Shown: positions 1-11,434, numbered from the stretch's first letter. The stretch: DNA of 64,000 bases from an uncultured Aliarcobacter sp. (GCA_963664305.2 CAXXLV010000001.1:128001-192000); one strand, 5' to 3'. Program-made: numbers and translations. The notes: generated by a model from the letters alone, not told the origin.

Positions 1-456
1 TGGATTTTTATAACAAAATGCACAAACATATCTATTTTTCTTTATTAACTCAACACTATCACCTAAATTTTTTCTCAATGATGGATTGTTTTCATAATAA
101 TCATACATAGCTTCTAGATTATTTGCTATATCATTATCTTTGATAAATACCACACTGTCTTGCATAAATTCAATAACATTATCTTCATCACTTACTATAT
201 TTAAAAATGCTTCTTTTACATCTTCAAATCTCATATCAAATTTTGCACCAACTAAAAGTACTTCTTGTAAATTTGTTATATCATTTTTTTGAAAATAGTA
301 TTGTAATAAAAGATTTAAATAGTGTTCTTGTACATCACTATCATAATCTTCTAAAACTTTAAAAATCTCATTTGCATCATTTATTTTGCCATTTTCTATT
401 ACACTATTGTGTAAAACACCTATTTGTCCAATAATCTCATGTAATCTATCACTCAT
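1..456 (-). CDS. Hypothetical protein, 3' end runs off window (MSDRLHEIIGQIGVLH...)
   Basis: Read manually: ATG at 456 with AAGGGA RBS; frame open to the window edge (152 codons); not in ORF track. Confidence 0.7.
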   Translation of the reverse strand, partial: MSDRLHEIIGQIGVLHNSVIENGKINDANEIFKVLEDYDSDVQEHYLNLLLQYYFQKNDITNLQEVLLVGAKFDMRFEDVKEAFLNIVSDEDNVIEFMQDSVVFIKDNDIANNLEAMYDYYENNPSLRKNLGDSVELIKKNRYVCAFCYKNP

Positions 457-571
457 AGATTCCCTTTTGTAATTTTATATATTGTATCCAAAATAGATTT
501 TAATATTATTATAAAATATGCTATCATAAGTAATTAAATAATTAAATTACAAATTAAAACAAGAAAATCAA

Positions 572-3500
572 ATGCAAAAATTAATGAAACTACTATTTTT
601 ATCTATCCTATTTTTAACTTCAACACTTCATGCTCAATTAGAAAAAGTATCTTTACAACTAGAATGGAAACATCAATTTGAATTTGCAGGATTTTATACG
701 GCATTAGAAAAAGGTTACTATAAAGATATTGGATTAGATGTAGAGATAAAAGAGTTTCAAGATGGAATAAATATAAGTCAAGATGTACTTGATGGAAAAT
801 CTACTTTTGGGATTTCCTCTTCTGCTTTGATTTTAGAAAAATTAAAAAATAAACCTGTTGTTTTAATTGCTTCTTATTTTAAACAAAATGCTTTAGCAAT
901 AGTTACAAAACCAGATATAAAAACTCCAGCTGATTTAAAAAACAAAAAAATCATGGCTTTAGATTGGGAAATGGGACATACAAGTTTAGGAGTTATGTTA
1001 AAAGATTATGAAATCTCTTCTGATGATTATACTTTAATACCTCATGATTTTAAAATTGATAAATTTATAAACAATGAAGTTGATGCTATGAGTATTTTCA
1101 TAACTTCTCAACCTTTTGAATTAGATAAATTAGGAATTGAATACAATATTCTAAATCCTGCAAATTTTGGTATTTATTCTTATGATGTTGAACTTTTTAC
1201 AAGTGAAAATATAATAAATAAAAATCCAAAATTAGTTGAAAACTTTGTCGAAGCAACAAATAAAGGTTGGGAATACGCCTTTAAAAATAAAGAAGAGATT
1301 GTTGATTTGATTTATAACAAATATACTAAAAGAAAAACAAAAGAATCTTTATTATTTGAAGCTAATAAAACAGAAGAAATATTTAAAACAAATATATTTA
1401 AAATAGGTGCTGTTGCTCCTGAACTTATAAAATTAAATGCTGATTTATATACAAGATTAGGTTTAGTTGATAAAAATTTCAATATTACTTCTCTTTTAAA
1501 TTCTTATTATATTTTAAATAAAAATAAAGATTTAATATCTTTTACTGAGGAAGAAAAAGCTTACTTACAAACTTATCCAACAATAAAAGTTCACAATGAA
1601 ATGAATTGGCCACCTTTTAATTATAATATAATTGGAACACCAACTGGATTTTCAATTGATTATATGAATCTTTTAGCTTCTAAATTAAAAATAAATGTTG
1701 AATATATTTCTGGTTTTACTTGGAATGAATACATTGAAAAATTAAAAAAACAAGAAATTGACGTCATGTTAAATATGGCGAAAACAAAAGATAGAGAAAA
1801 AGATTTTATATTTACAACAAATTATGCAAAAGCAATAGATACTATTTTTACTAAAAAAAATAGCAATTTAAAAAAGATTGAAGATTTTGAAGGAAAAACA
1901 CTTGCAGTTATAAAAGGTTTTTATGAAGAAGAACTTTTAAAAAGATATTATCCAAATATAAAACTATTACTTGTAAATGATTCAATTGAGGCGTTAGAAA
2001 AAGTTGCTTTTGGTGAAGCTGATGGTTCAATTGATAATTTTGCAGTTGGTAATTATCATATAGAAAATCGTCATATTTCAAATTTAAAACCTGCTTTTTC
2101 TATAAATGACGAAAGATTTAATTTGGATATGTTTATTGCAACAAATAAAAACAATGAAATATTAAGAAATATTTTAGAAAAAGGTAAAGAAAAAATAAGT
2201 GAAGAAGAACTTTTAGAATTAAAAAGAAAATGGATTAATCCTAAAGAAAATGACAAAAACTCAACTGTTTATTTAAATCAAGAAGAAAAAGCTTATCTAA
2301 ATAATAAAAAAGTAATTACAATGTGTGTTGACCCAGATTGGGAACCTTTTGAAAGAATCAATAAAAAAGGTGAACATGAAGGAATTGCAGCTGATATTAT
2401 AAAAATCATCTCTGAAAAACTAAACATTGAATTTAAATTAATTCCGACAAAAAATTGGGAAGAGAGTATAAAATTCTCTCAAGATAAAAAATGTGATATT
2501 ATGAGTTTTTTAAATGAAACACCAAAAAGAAAAGAGTGGCTAGATTTTACTGAACCAATTTTTGAAGACCCAAACGTAATCGTTGGAAGGCTTGAGAATG
2601 ATGATATAAAAGATTTATCAAAGATAAAAGCCTCTATTGCTTTACCAAAGGGTACAGCAATGTCAGAATTATTTGCAAAAGATTTTCCAAATTTAGTAAT
2701 AGTTCCAACAGATTCTGAAGATGAAGCTTTTAAATTAGTTGAGAATAAAAAAGCTGATTTAACTATGCGTTCATTGATTATTACTGCATATACAATTAAA
2801 AAAGACAATCTATTTAATCTTAAAATTGTTAATCAACCAAAAGGTTATGAAAATTACTTAAGAATTGGTGTAGAAAAAAACAACTCTACTCTTTTAAGTA
2901 TTTTAAATAAAGTAATTTCAAATTTAGATAAAAAAGATATTGAAAATATCGTAACTAAATGGGTTGTAATAAAATATGAAAAAGTTGAAGACTATACATA
3001 TTTTTGGATACTTTTAATTATCATTTCTATTCTATCTATTTTCTTTTTATATAGACAATATTTACTAAAACATACAAATAAATATTTACAAGCTGAAATT
3101 ATAAAAAGAACTCAACAACTAGAAGATTCAAATCAAATCTTAGCAGAGAAAAAAGATGAACTTTATAATCTAAACCAAAATCTTGAAATTAGAGTTAAAG
3201 AAGAAGTAGAAAAAAATAAATTGATTCAAGAAAAACTTTTTAAATCTGATAAATTGGCTTCAATGGGAGAAATGATAAGTAATATTGCTCATCAATGGAG
3301 ACAACCTTTATCAATCATATCTACAATAGCAACTGGAGTAAAACTACAAAAAGAGTTAAACTTGCTTAATGATCAAGATTTATTAAAAGATATGGAGTTA
3401 ATAAATAAAAATGCACAATATTTATCTGAAACAATAGATGATTTCAGAAATTTTATAAAAGGTGATAGAAAAATTCAACTTTATAATCTTAGTGATACAA

Positions 3501-3958
3501 TTAATCAATTTCTTCATATTATTGATGCTTCTATAAAGAATTCAAATATAAATTTAGTTATAAATCTAAAGAAAAATATTTTAATTGAAGGTTATCCTAA
3601 TGAACTAATTCAATGTCTAATTAATATTTTCAATAATTCAAAAGATGCGTTTTATGAAATAAAACAAAGTAATCCACTTTTTTTCATAGAAACAAAAGAG
3701 GAAAATGGTTTTGCTATAATAAATTTAAAAGATAATGGTGGTGGAATTGAAGAAAACATCATCTCAAAAATTTATGACCCATATTTTACAACTAAACACA
3801 AATCGCAAGGTACAGGACTTGGTTTAAATATGACTTATAAATTAATAACAGAAAGTGCTCATGGAAAAATTGATGCATCAAATGTTACTTATAAATTTGA
3901 AAATAATACCTATAAAGGTGTAGAGTTTAAAATCACTCTGGAAATTAAAAAAAATTAA
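572..3958 (+). CDS. Sensor histidine kinase with NMT1/THI5-like and two periplasmic binding (PBPb) domains
   Basis: Signal peptide; LQLEWKHQFEFAGFY start typical of NMT1-like sensors; two PBP repeats (NWPPFNY, DPDWEPFE); TM; H-box IAHQWRQPL; DNGGG and GTGLGL boxes. Confidence 0.9.
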   Translation: MQKLMKLLFLSILFLTSTLHAQLEKVSLQLEWKHQFEFAGFYTALEKGYYKDIGLDVEIKEFQDGINISQDVLDGKSTFGISSSALILEKLKNKPVVLIASYFKQNALAIVTKPDIKTPADLKNKKIMALDWEMGHTSLGVMLKDYEISSDDYTLIPHDFKIDKFINNEVDAMSIFITSQPFELDKLGIEYNILNPANFGIYSYDVELFTSENIINKNPKLVENFVEATNKGWEYAFKNKEEIVDLIYNKYTKRKTKESLLFEANKTEEIFKTNIFKIGAVAPELIKLNADLYTRLGLVDKNFNITSLLNSYYILNKNKDLISFTEEEKAYLQTYPTIKVHNEMNWPPFNYNIIGTPTGFSIDYMNLLASKLKINVEYISGFTWNEYIEKLKKQEIDVMLNMAKTKDREKDFIFTTNYAKAIDTIFTKKNSNLKKIEDFEGKTLAVIKGFYEEELLKRYYPNIKLLLVNDSIEALEKVAFGEADGSIDNFAVGNYHIENRHISNLKPAFSINDERFNLDMFIATNKNNEILRNILEKGKEKISEEELLELKRKWINPKENDKNSTVYLNQEEKAYLNNKKVITMCVDPDWEPFERINKKGEHEGIAADIIKIISEKLNIEFKLIPTKNWEESIKFSQDKKCDIMSFLNETPKRKEWLDFTEPIFEDPNVIVGRLENDDIKDLSKIKASIALPKGTAMSELFAKDFPNLVIVPTDSEDEAFKLVENKKADLTMRSLIITAYTIKKDNLFNLKIVNQPKGYENYLRIGVEKNNSTLLSILNKVISNLDKKDIENIVTKWVVIKYEKVEDYTYFWILLIIISILSIFFLYRQYLLKHTNKYLQAEIIKRTQQLEDSNQILAEKKDELYNLNQNLEIRVKEEVEKNKLIQEKLFKSDKLASMGEMISNIAHQWRQPLSIISTIATGVKLQKELNLLNDQDLLKDMELINKNAQYLSETIDDFRNFIKGDRKIQLYNLSDTINQFLHIIDASIKNSNINLVINLKKNILIEGYPNELIQCLINIFNNSKDAFYEIKQSNPLFFIETKEENGFAIINLKDNGGGIEENIISKIYDPYFTTKHKSQGTGLGLNMTYKLITESAHGKIDASNVTYKFENNTYKGVEFKITLEIKKN

Positions 3959-3977
3959 ATATTTTAGGAATTAACTA

Positions 3978-4661
3978 ATGAATTTTTCTAAACAAAATCT
4001 TTTAATCATTGAAGATGAAAAAGATACTTTAGAGCTTATGATAGAGATATTTGAATCAAAATTCTCTTTAGTTTATAGTGCTAGTGATGGATATAATGCA
4101 ATTGAAGTTTTTAGAAAAAACCATATTAATGCTATTTTATGTGATATAAATATTCCTAAATTAAATGGATTAGATTTTATAACAAAAATAAGAGAGATTA
4201 ACTATCTAATCCCTATTATTATAATTTCAGCCTATTCAGATACAAAAATTCTATTACAAGCAAGTAATTGTAATATTCAAGGTTACATTACAAAACCCTT
4301 AACTTCAGATGATGTAGCTACCATTTTTAAAAAAATTTATTATCATCAGAACCATGAATTTATAGATAAATTAATTCAATTAAGTGAGACTGTAAGCTTT
4401 GATTTAATCAATTCACAAATTATAAAAGATAACAAAATTATAAAACTCACAAATAAAGAGACTGGATTTTTAAAATTACTATTACAAAAAAAAGGACAAT
4501 TAGTTCCTTATAAAACTATTGAAGAAATTATTTGGTACGATGAAAATAAATTGATGTCAAGTACAAGTTTACGTACACTTGTGAAAAACATAAGAAAAAA
4601 ACTTTCAGAAGATATTATTGAAAATGTCCCAAAAATGGGTTATAGATTAAATATTATTTAA
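3978..4661 (+). CDS. OmpR-family response regulator
   Basis: REC motifs (LIIEDE, CDINIPKLNG, KP) plus C-terminal winged helix (LRTLVKNIRKK, GYRL). Confidence 0.9.
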   Translation: MNFSKQNLLIIEDEKDTLELMIEIFESKFSLVYSASDGYNAIEVFRKNHINAILCDINIPKLNGLDFITKIREINYLIPIIIISAYSDTKILLQASNCNIQGYITKPLTSDDVATIFKKIYYHQNHEFIDKLIQLSETVSFDLINSQIIKDNKIIKLTNKETGFLKLLLQKKGQLVPYKTIEEIIWYDENKLMSSTSLRTLVKNIRKKLSEDIIENVPKMGYRLNII

Positions 4662-4693
4662 ATTAATATTTAAAAACTTTCAAGGTTTCTAAA

Positions 4694-5884
4694 ATGCAAA
4701 AAGCAGAAAATGCAAAAATCAAATCTATTGAAAAAAATGATTCTTTAAGAGCCATTTTAGATAGTTCACTCGATGGAATAATGGCATTTGAAAGTTATTA
4801 TGATGAAAATGGTCAAATCATTGACTTTATATTTACACTTGCAAACAAAGAAGCTTGTAATATTATTAATATGAAAGAAGAAGATTTACTTGGAAAACCT
4901 CTATCAAAAACTCTTTCAGGTAATTTTATACCTTTAGCTTCACTAAATAATCAAACACTTTTTGAAAATTATAAAGAAGTTGTTTTAACTGGAAAATCTA
5001 AAACATTAGAGTTTTATTTTGATAATAATGGAATAAAAGATTGGTTTAAAAATAAATCTGTGAAATTAAATGATGGTTTCGTATGTACTTTTGCAATTGT
5101 TACAAAAGAGAAATACTTTCAAGAAAAATTAAAAGAAGAAGTAGAAACACAAATACAAAAACAAACTAAACAAGAACAAATTATTATCCAACAATCCAAA
5201 ATGGCTGCACTAGGAGAGATGATAGGAGCAATTGCACATAATTGGAGACAACCACTAAATACAGTATCTCTTTTAACTGTTACTATTACTGAAAAATTAA
5301 AAGCTATTAAACTTTCAAAAGAGCAAAAAGAGTATTTTGAAAGATGGGTTGCAAAAGTAAATAAACAATTAAAATTTATGTCTCAAACAATCGATGATTT
5401 TAAAAATTTTTATAAACCAAATGAGAACTATAAAGAAATAGAATTAAAGAATGTTATAAAAAAACTTGTGTCATTAATTGAGCTCCAATTTAATATTTAT
5501 GATATAAAAATAAAAATTGATATCCCAAATGATATTTCATTTATTTGTTTAGAAAACCAATTACTACAAGCTCTACTAAATATACTATTAAATTCAAAAG
5601 ATGCAATTTTAAGTAATAGTATTGAAAATGGACAAGTAATTATTAGTGCAAAAAAACAAGATTCTTTTATCTGTCTTCATATAAAAGATAATGGAGGAGG
5701 AATAAAAGACAATTCTATACTAGAAAGAATATTTGAACCATATTTCACAACAAAAACTCATGATAATGGAACAGGAATTGGTTTATATATGACTAAAATT
5801 ATTATTGAGCAAAATCTTGGAGGTTCAATAGAAGTACAAAATATAGAAGAAGGTCTAGAATTTATAATCTGCTTACCTTTATAA
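4694..5884 (+). CDS. Cytoplasmic PAS-domain histidine kinase
   Basis: N-terminal PAS-like region, no TM; IAHNWRQPL H-box; DNGGG, GTGIGLY. Confidence 0.88.
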   Translation: MQKAENAKIKSIEKNDSLRAILDSSLDGIMAFESYYDENGQIIDFIFTLANKEACNIINMKEEDLLGKPLSKTLSGNFIPLASLNNQTLFENYKEVVLTGKSKTLEFYFDNNGIKDWFKNKSVKLNDGFVCTFAIVTKEKYFQEKLKEEVETQIQKQTKQEQIIIQQSKMAALGEMIGAIAHNWRQPLNTVSLLTVTITEKLKAIKLSKEQKEYFERWVAKVNKQLKFMSQTIDDFKNFYKPNENYKEIELKNVIKKLVSLIELQFNIYDIKIKIDIPNDISFICLENQLLQALLNILLNSKDAILSNSIENGQVIISAKKQDSFICLHIKDNGGGIKDNSILERIFEPYFTTKTHDNGTGIGLYMTKIIIEQNLGGSIEVQNIEEGLEFIICLPL

Positions 5885-6066
5885 TTTAATTATTAAACAA
5901 TAAAAAAATTATTTTCTTAAAAACTCACAAAAAAACCACACTTTTTATATACAATAATCCTTCGTTAAATTATGAAAAAGAGTTAATATTACAAATTAAC
6001 ATTTTATAGCTACTAAAAAACTTTTTCATGAGTTATTATCTTAGATTATTAAAAAAAGGGAGTTTT

Positions 6067-7302
6067 ATGTTCGGAGCAATTTCAAATAAAGAGTTAGAAC
6101 TAATTGATAACTATTTTAAACAATTTATCAAATTTATCTCTTATGAAAAAAGTGAATTTGATTATATAGAATCAACAGGAAACAAAAAACTTGATGATAT
6201 TTTAAGAAAATGGAATGAAGAAATAAAAGTCTTTGATAAAAGAAACAAAGATGATATGAGAGTTTTAGGAGAAATTGTATTAACTGCTGATAAAGTAGAA
6301 CAAGGTTTATTTAACTGTAGAATAAAATCAGAGAGTTCAAATCCAACAATTTCTACATTAAAAAACACTCTTAATAAAATGCTTGCAAGTATAAATGACT
6401 CAAATTCAAGAATTTTAAGAGTAATTAATAGCTACACAAATAATGATTTTACTGATAACATAAAAGTTATAGATAAATACAAAGATGATATGAAATTATT
6501 AATGGAAAATATTAATAAATTGGGTAAAGCTTTAGAAGTTAATGCAAGAAATAATTTTGAAAATGGTGAAACATTACAACGCAACTCTTCAATTATGACA
6601 TCATCTATGAATAATTTAGCCTCAAAAGCAAATGAACAAGCAGCTTCTTTAGAACAAACAGCAGCAGCAGTTGAAGAAATAACAAGTATTACAAGAAATA
6701 ATGCTGAGAATGCTTCTAAAATGGCTGCATTAGGACAAATAGTAAGAAAATCTGTTTCTACGGGTGAACAATTAGCAAGTAAAACTGCTATCTCAATGGA
6801 TGAAATAAATGAAAAAGTAAAAGCAATAAATGAAGCTATAACAGTGATTGACCAAATTGCTTTTCAAACGAATATTTTATCTTTAAATGCTGCCGTAGAA
6901 GCTGCAACTGCTGGAGAAGCTGGAAAAGGATTTGCAGTTGTTGCGCAAGAAGTAAGAAATCTAGCAAGTAGAAGTGCTGAAGCAGCTAAAGAGATAAAAA
7001 ATCTAGTTGAAGAAGCAACATCAAAAGCAAATGATGGAAAAACTGTTTCAGGAGATATGATAGAAGGTTATAAAGAATTAAATAAAAATATTTCTGAAAC
7101 AATTCATATTATTGAAGATGTATCAAAAGCTTCAAAAGAACAAATGACTGGAATTGAACAAATAAATGATGCTGTAAATATGTTAGATAGAGTTACTCAA
7201 GAAAATGCATCTGAATCAAATCAAGTAAAATCAATTGCACAAGATGTATCACAATTAGCAAATGAATTATTAGCAGATGCAAAAACTAAAAAGTTTAACT
7301 AA
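6067..7302 (+). CDS. Methyl-accepting chemotaxis protein, apparently soluble
   Basis: MCP hairpin tip [34 protein letters not shown]; start moved to ATG 6067 after AAGGGAG RBS; no hydrophobic TM segment. Confidence 0.9.
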   Translation: MFGAISNKELELIDNYFKQFIKFISYEKSEFDYIESTGNKKLDDILRKWNEEIKVFDKRNKDDMRVLGEIVLTADKVEQGLFNCRIKSESSNPTISTLKNTLNKMLASINDSNSRILRVINSYTNNDFTDNIKVIDKYKDDMKLLMENINKLGKALEVNARNNFENGETLQRNSSIMTSSMNNLASKANEQAASLEQTAAAVEEITSITRNNAENASKMAALGQIVRKSVSTGEQLASKTAISMDEINEKVKAINEAITVIDQIAFQTNILSLNAAVEAATAGEAGKGFAVVAQEVRNLASRSAEAAKEIKNLVEEATSKANDGKTVSGDMIEGYKELNKNISETIHIIEDVSKASKEQMTGIEQINDAVNMLDRVTQENASESNQVKSIAQDVSQLANELLADAKTKKFN

Positions 7303-7313
7303 AGGGATTTAAA

Positions 7314-7712
7314 ATGGCAAATGATAAAGAAACGGTTTTAGATAAAAATGCATTTTTAGTAAGTGAAACAGATGTTAAAGGTATAATAAGATTTGCAAAT
7401 GAGGATTTTTGTAAAGTTGCAGAATATTCTTTAGATGAATTATTGGGAAAGCCTCATAGTATGGTAAGACATAAAGATATGCCAAAAAAAGCATTTAAAT
7501 CTTTATGGGATACTGTTCAAAGAGGAGAAATTTGGACAGGTTATGTAAAAAATGCAACAAAATCTGGAGGATATTATTGGGTTTTTGCAACAGTTTATCC
7601 ATTTGAGAGTTGTGATGGAACAAAAGGATATTTATCTTGTAGAAGAAAACCAACAAGAGAAGAAATAGAAAAAGCTGAAAAACTTTATAGGGAATGGAAC
7701 TCAGAACATTAA
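7314..7712 (+). CDS. Stand-alone Aer/CetB-like PAS protein
   Basis: SETDVKGII-ANEDF-HSMVRHKDMP-LW-W.GYVKN-YYWV motifs of FAD-binding Aer PAS. Confidence 0.88.
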   Translation: MANDKETVLDKNAFLVSETDVKGIIRFANEDFCKVAEYSLDELLGKPHSMVRHKDMPKKAFKSLWDTVQRGEIWTGYVKNATKSGGYYWVFATVYPFESCDGTKGYLSCRRKPTREEIEKAEKLYREWNSEH

Positions 7713-7713
7713 T

Positions 7714-9906
7714 ATGAGTAATCTCAATTGTCTTAGTAAATTTAATTTTATCCCTAGTGATTACAATATTTTAATTGTTGAAGATTCAACTTCAATGATT
7801 AAAATCATAAACAACGTTTTTATAACTCAAGGTTTTAACACTTTTTTAAGTTCAACAATAAAAGAGGCAAAAGAGATAATCAATAAAAACAAGATTGATT
7901 ATATAATCTTAGATATGAATCTCCCTGATGGTCATGGTTATGAAATAATACAACATGTATCAACATCAATTAAAATCATTGTTTTAACTTCAATAACTGA
8001 TTCTCAAGTAAAAGAGGTTTCCTATCGAAAAGGTGTTATTGATTTTATAAATAAAGATAAAAACTTTTTATATAAAATATCTGAAATACCTACTTTGATA
8101 AAACAAATAGAAAAGAATAAATCAAAAACTATTTTAATAATTGAAGATTCATTTGTAGTTAGAGAACAATTAAAAGATATATTAATTAACAGAAATTACA
8201 ATATTTTAGAAGCAAAAGATGAAAATCAAGCATTCGCAACTCTTGGTTCAAATAAGATTGATTTAATTTTATTAGATTTAGAACTAGAAAAATCAAATGG
8301 TTATGATTTTTTAATAAAAAATAAAAAATTAATTCTTGAACAATTAAATATAAAAGTAGTGATTATTACAGGAAATATTTCATCAAATCTTATAAGAGAC
8401 TCTTTTAGATTAGGTGTAAAAGAGATTATCAAAAAACCTTTTTCTATAGAAGAACTTATTTTAAAAACAGATATGTTCATAAATGAAAAAGATGTTGAAG
8501 ATGAAATGATTTGCTCAAAAAGACTTCTTGAACAATATAAAAATACAGTTGATAGAAGTTCAATAGTTTCAAAAACCGATGCAAAAGGAATTATTACTTA
8601 TGTAAACGAAGCTTTCTGTAAAATTTCTGGTTATAAAGAAGAAGAATTGATTGGAAAATCTCACAATATTGTTAGACATCCAGATATGAATTTTTCAACA
8701 TTTAAAGAGATTTGGAAAACAATAAAAGATGAAAAGAAACCTTGGACTGGAAAAATAAAAAATAGGAAAAAAGATGGTAGTACATATTGGGTACAAACTA
8801 TTATAAATCCTATTTTAGATGAAAAGAACAATGTTATTGAATATATTGGAATTAGGACAGATATAACTGAAATTGAAGAGACTAAAAGATACCTAAAAAA
8901 TCAATATAATATTTCTCAAAATAATTTTAATGAAATAAGAAACCTTTCTAAATTATATGAAAATGCAATTGAAGAAAGTAATATAATTCTTAGAGTAAAT
9001 ACAGATAAAATTATCACTTATGCAAACGAACAATTTTATAAAATAAGTGGTTACACAAAAGAAGAGTTAATTGGAAAACCTTATGACTATTTAGATAGTG
9101 TTATTTTATTTGAGAATAAAGAAGAGGATTCTTTATGGGAAACGTTAAAAAATAAAAAAATTTGGAAAGGACAAATAAGTAATATATTTAAAGGTAATAA
9201 AATTCATCATTTCTTAGCTACTGTTGTTCCTATTATAAATCTAAATGGAAAAATATTAGAATACATGAGTATTAGAAAAGAAATTACTGAAGTTATTGAA
9301 TTACATAAAGAAATTGAAAATACACAAAGAGAAATCATCTACAAAATGGGAGAAATTGCTGAAAGTAGAAGTAATGAAACAGGAAATCATGTAAGAAGAG
9401 TTGCAGAGTATTCAAAACTTCTTGCAAAATTATATGGTTTAGAAGATAAAGAGTGTGATATTTTATTTACAGCTAGCCCAATGCACGATATTGGAAAAGT
9501 TGCGATTCCCGATTCAATATTAAATAAACCAGGAAAACTAACTGAAGATGAATGGAAAATTATGAGAAAACATACTGTTGTTGGCTATAATATTTTAAAA
9601 AACTCAAAGAGAGAAATTTTAAAAGCAGCAGCAATAGTTGCACGTGACCATCATGAAAAATGGGATGGGACAGGATATCCACAAAAAATAAAAGAAGAAG
9701 AAATTCATATTTATGGAAGAATTACCGCAATTGCTGATGTTTTTGATGCTTTAGGAAGTAATAGATGTTATAAAAAAGCTTGGGTAGATGAAGATATATT
9801 CAAACTTTTTAAAAAAGAAAAAGGAAAACATTTTGATCCTAAACTAGTTGATTTATTTTTTGAAAATATCGACAAATTTAAACAAATTAGAGATAAATAT
9901 AAATAA
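7714..9906 (+). CDS. REC-REC-PAS-PAS-HD-GYP c-di-GMP phosphodiesterase
   Basis: Two REC domains with acceptor Asp; two PAS; ETGNHVRRV, MHDIGK, HHEKWDGTGYP, IADVFDAL. Confidence 0.92.
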   Translation: MSNLNCLSKFNFIPSDYNILIVEDSTSMIKIINNVFITQGFNTFLSSTIKEAKEIINKNKIDYIILDMNLPDGHGYEIIQHVSTSIKIIVLTSITDSQVKEVSYRKGVIDFINKDKNFLYKISEIPTLIKQIEKNKSKTILIIEDSFVVREQLKDILINRNYNILEAKDENQAFATLGSNKIDLILLDLELEKSNGYDFLIKNKKLILEQLNIKVVIITGNISSNLIRDSFRLGVKEIIKKPFSIEELILKTDMFINEKDVEDEMICSKRLLEQYKNTVDRSSIVSKTDAKGIITYVNEAFCKISGYKEEELIGKSHNIVRHPDMNFSTFKEIWKTIKDEKKPWTGKIKNRKKDGSTYWVQTIINPILDEKNNVIEYIGIRTDITEIEETKRYLKNQYNISQNNFNEIRNLSKLYENAIEESNIILRVNTDKIITYANEQFYKISGYTKEELIGKPYDYLDSVILFENKEEDSLWETLKNKKIWKGQISNIFKGNKIHHFLATVVPIINLNGKILEYMSIRKEITEVIELHKEIENTQREIIYKMGEIAESRSNETGNHVRRVAEYSKLLAKLYGLEDKECDILFTASPMHDIGKVAIPDSILNKPGKLTEDEWKIMRKHTVVGYNILKNSKREILKAAAIVARDHHEKWDGTGYPQKIKEEEIHIYGRITAIADVFDALGSNRCYKKAWVDEDIFKLFKKEKGKHFDPKLVDLFFENIDKFKQIRDKYK

Positions 9907-9921
9907 CAAATAGGATTTTTC

Positions 9922-11391
9922 ATGAAAACAAGATATATAAAAACAAATATATTCTTTTTTATCATTTCTTATATACTATTGTTATCTTTTATGTTTTTTA
10001 CAAGTTATAAATTTTTTTTAACTAATTTTATAACTTTAGAAAAAATACAAAATGATAATAATATAAAAACATTTTTAACTACAATAGATAGTGAATTAAA
10101 AAATTTAAAAAATACAACAAATGATTATTCAAATTGGGATGATACCTATGAATTTATTCATGATGAAAATAAAGATTATCTATATGAAAACTTTAGAGAA
10201 GGTTCACAAACATTAGCCAATTTAGATATTGATGGAATAATCTATGTAAATGATAAAAATAGAGTTATTTATTCTATATATGAAAACAATGAAATAAAAG
10301 AGAATAAAGACAAGTTTGAAAAACTTGTTCTTAATGATTTTACAGATAAAAAAGATTTAAATACAGTTATAAATTTTAATTCTAAATTCATCTATTTTTC
10401 AAAAAGTCAAATTTTAAGAAGTGATTTAAAAGGTGATTATAGAGGATATATTGTCACTGTAAAATTTTTAAATAATGAGTTTATTGATAATAATCCAATA
10501 TTTCATACTTTTGAAATATCAAATAAAAAACTATCAAGTTATGACGATGATTTAAAACTTTCTACTTTTGAAAATATAAAAATAAAAACAGAAACAACTC
10601 TTGATGATATTATAAACACAATCTCTTTTTTTAATTATGATAAAAATTTTATTATTTCAATAATTACATCAAATAAAAGAGACTTAGTTAAAAGTGGTGA
10701 AGAAACTATCTTTATATTCAATTTTATCGTATCAATTGTTCTTTTTTTGATTTTCTTTTTTATATATAAAAATCAATGGCTTATTCAAAATCAAAATGAA
10801 ATGTTAAATAAAGAAGTAGAAAAAAGAACAAAACAATTAGACAAAGCATTTAGAAAATTAAAAAATAAAAATAGAGAACTTTATAATCTTGCACATATTG
10901 ATGCTCTAACAAAGATTAGAAATCGAAGAAGTTTTTTTATAGATAGTATTGAAGCTTTAGAAAACTCAATAAAAAAGAATAAAGAGTTTTGCGTTCTATT
11001 AATTGACCTTGACCATTTCAAATCAATTAATGATACATATGGTCATGCATCAGGAGACAGAGTTTTAATTGAATTTTGTAATATCATAAATGAAATTATT
11101 GATGAAAAAGCAATTTTTGGAAGAATTGGTGGAGAAGAGTTCTGTATAACATTTATAAATAAAAGTATTGACGAAATAACTAATATTGCTGAAACTATAA
11201 GAAATAACTGTGCTAATACAAAAATTATCCTAGAAGATAATAAGATTTTAACTTTTACCGTTTCAATGGGATTAAGTTGTAGAGATGGTTTAGATGATAT
11301 TGATAAAATATTACATAAATCGGATGAACTACTTTATGAAGCGAAAAAAACAGGAAGAAATCGTTTAATAAGGAACTACAATCCAATTTAG
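9922..11391 (+). CDS. Membrane diguanylate cyclase (CHASE4-like sensor + GGDEF)
   Basis: Two TMs; DYSNWDDTYEF CHASE4-like motif; DLDHFKSINDTYGH, GRIGGEEF. Confidence 0.9.
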   Translation: MKTRYIKTNIFFFIISYILLLSFMFFTSYKFFLTNFITLEKIQNDNNIKTFLTTIDSELKNLKNTTNDYSNWDDTYEFIHDENKDYLYENFREGSQTLANLDIDGIIYVNDKNRVIYSIYENNEIKENKDKFEKLVLNDFTDKKDLNTVINFNSKFIYFSKSQILRSDLKGDYRGYIVTVKFLNNEFIDNNPIFHTFEISNKKLSSYDDDLKLSTFENIKIKTETTLDDIINTISFFNYDKNFIISIITSNKRDLVKSGEETIFIFNFIVSIVLFLIFFFIYKNQWLIQNQNEMLNKEVEKRTKQLDKAFRKLKNKNRELYNLAHIDALTKIRNRRSFFIDSIEALENSIKKNKEFCVLLIDLDHFKSINDTYGHASGDRVLIEFCNIINEIIDEKAIFGRIGGEEFCITFINKSIDEITNIAETIRNNCANTKIILEDNKILTFTVSMGLSCRDGLDDIDKILHKSDELLYEAKKTGRNRLIRNYNPI

Positions 11392-11402
11392 AAATTATTA
11401 AT

Positions 11403-11434
11403 CTTATGTAATTACTTTAAAGTGATTATATAAG
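11403..11434. terminator. Hairpin between convergent GGDEF gene and tRNA operon
   Basis: CTTATGTAATTACTTT/AAAGTGATTATATAAG imperfect inverted repeat. Confidence 0.5.
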
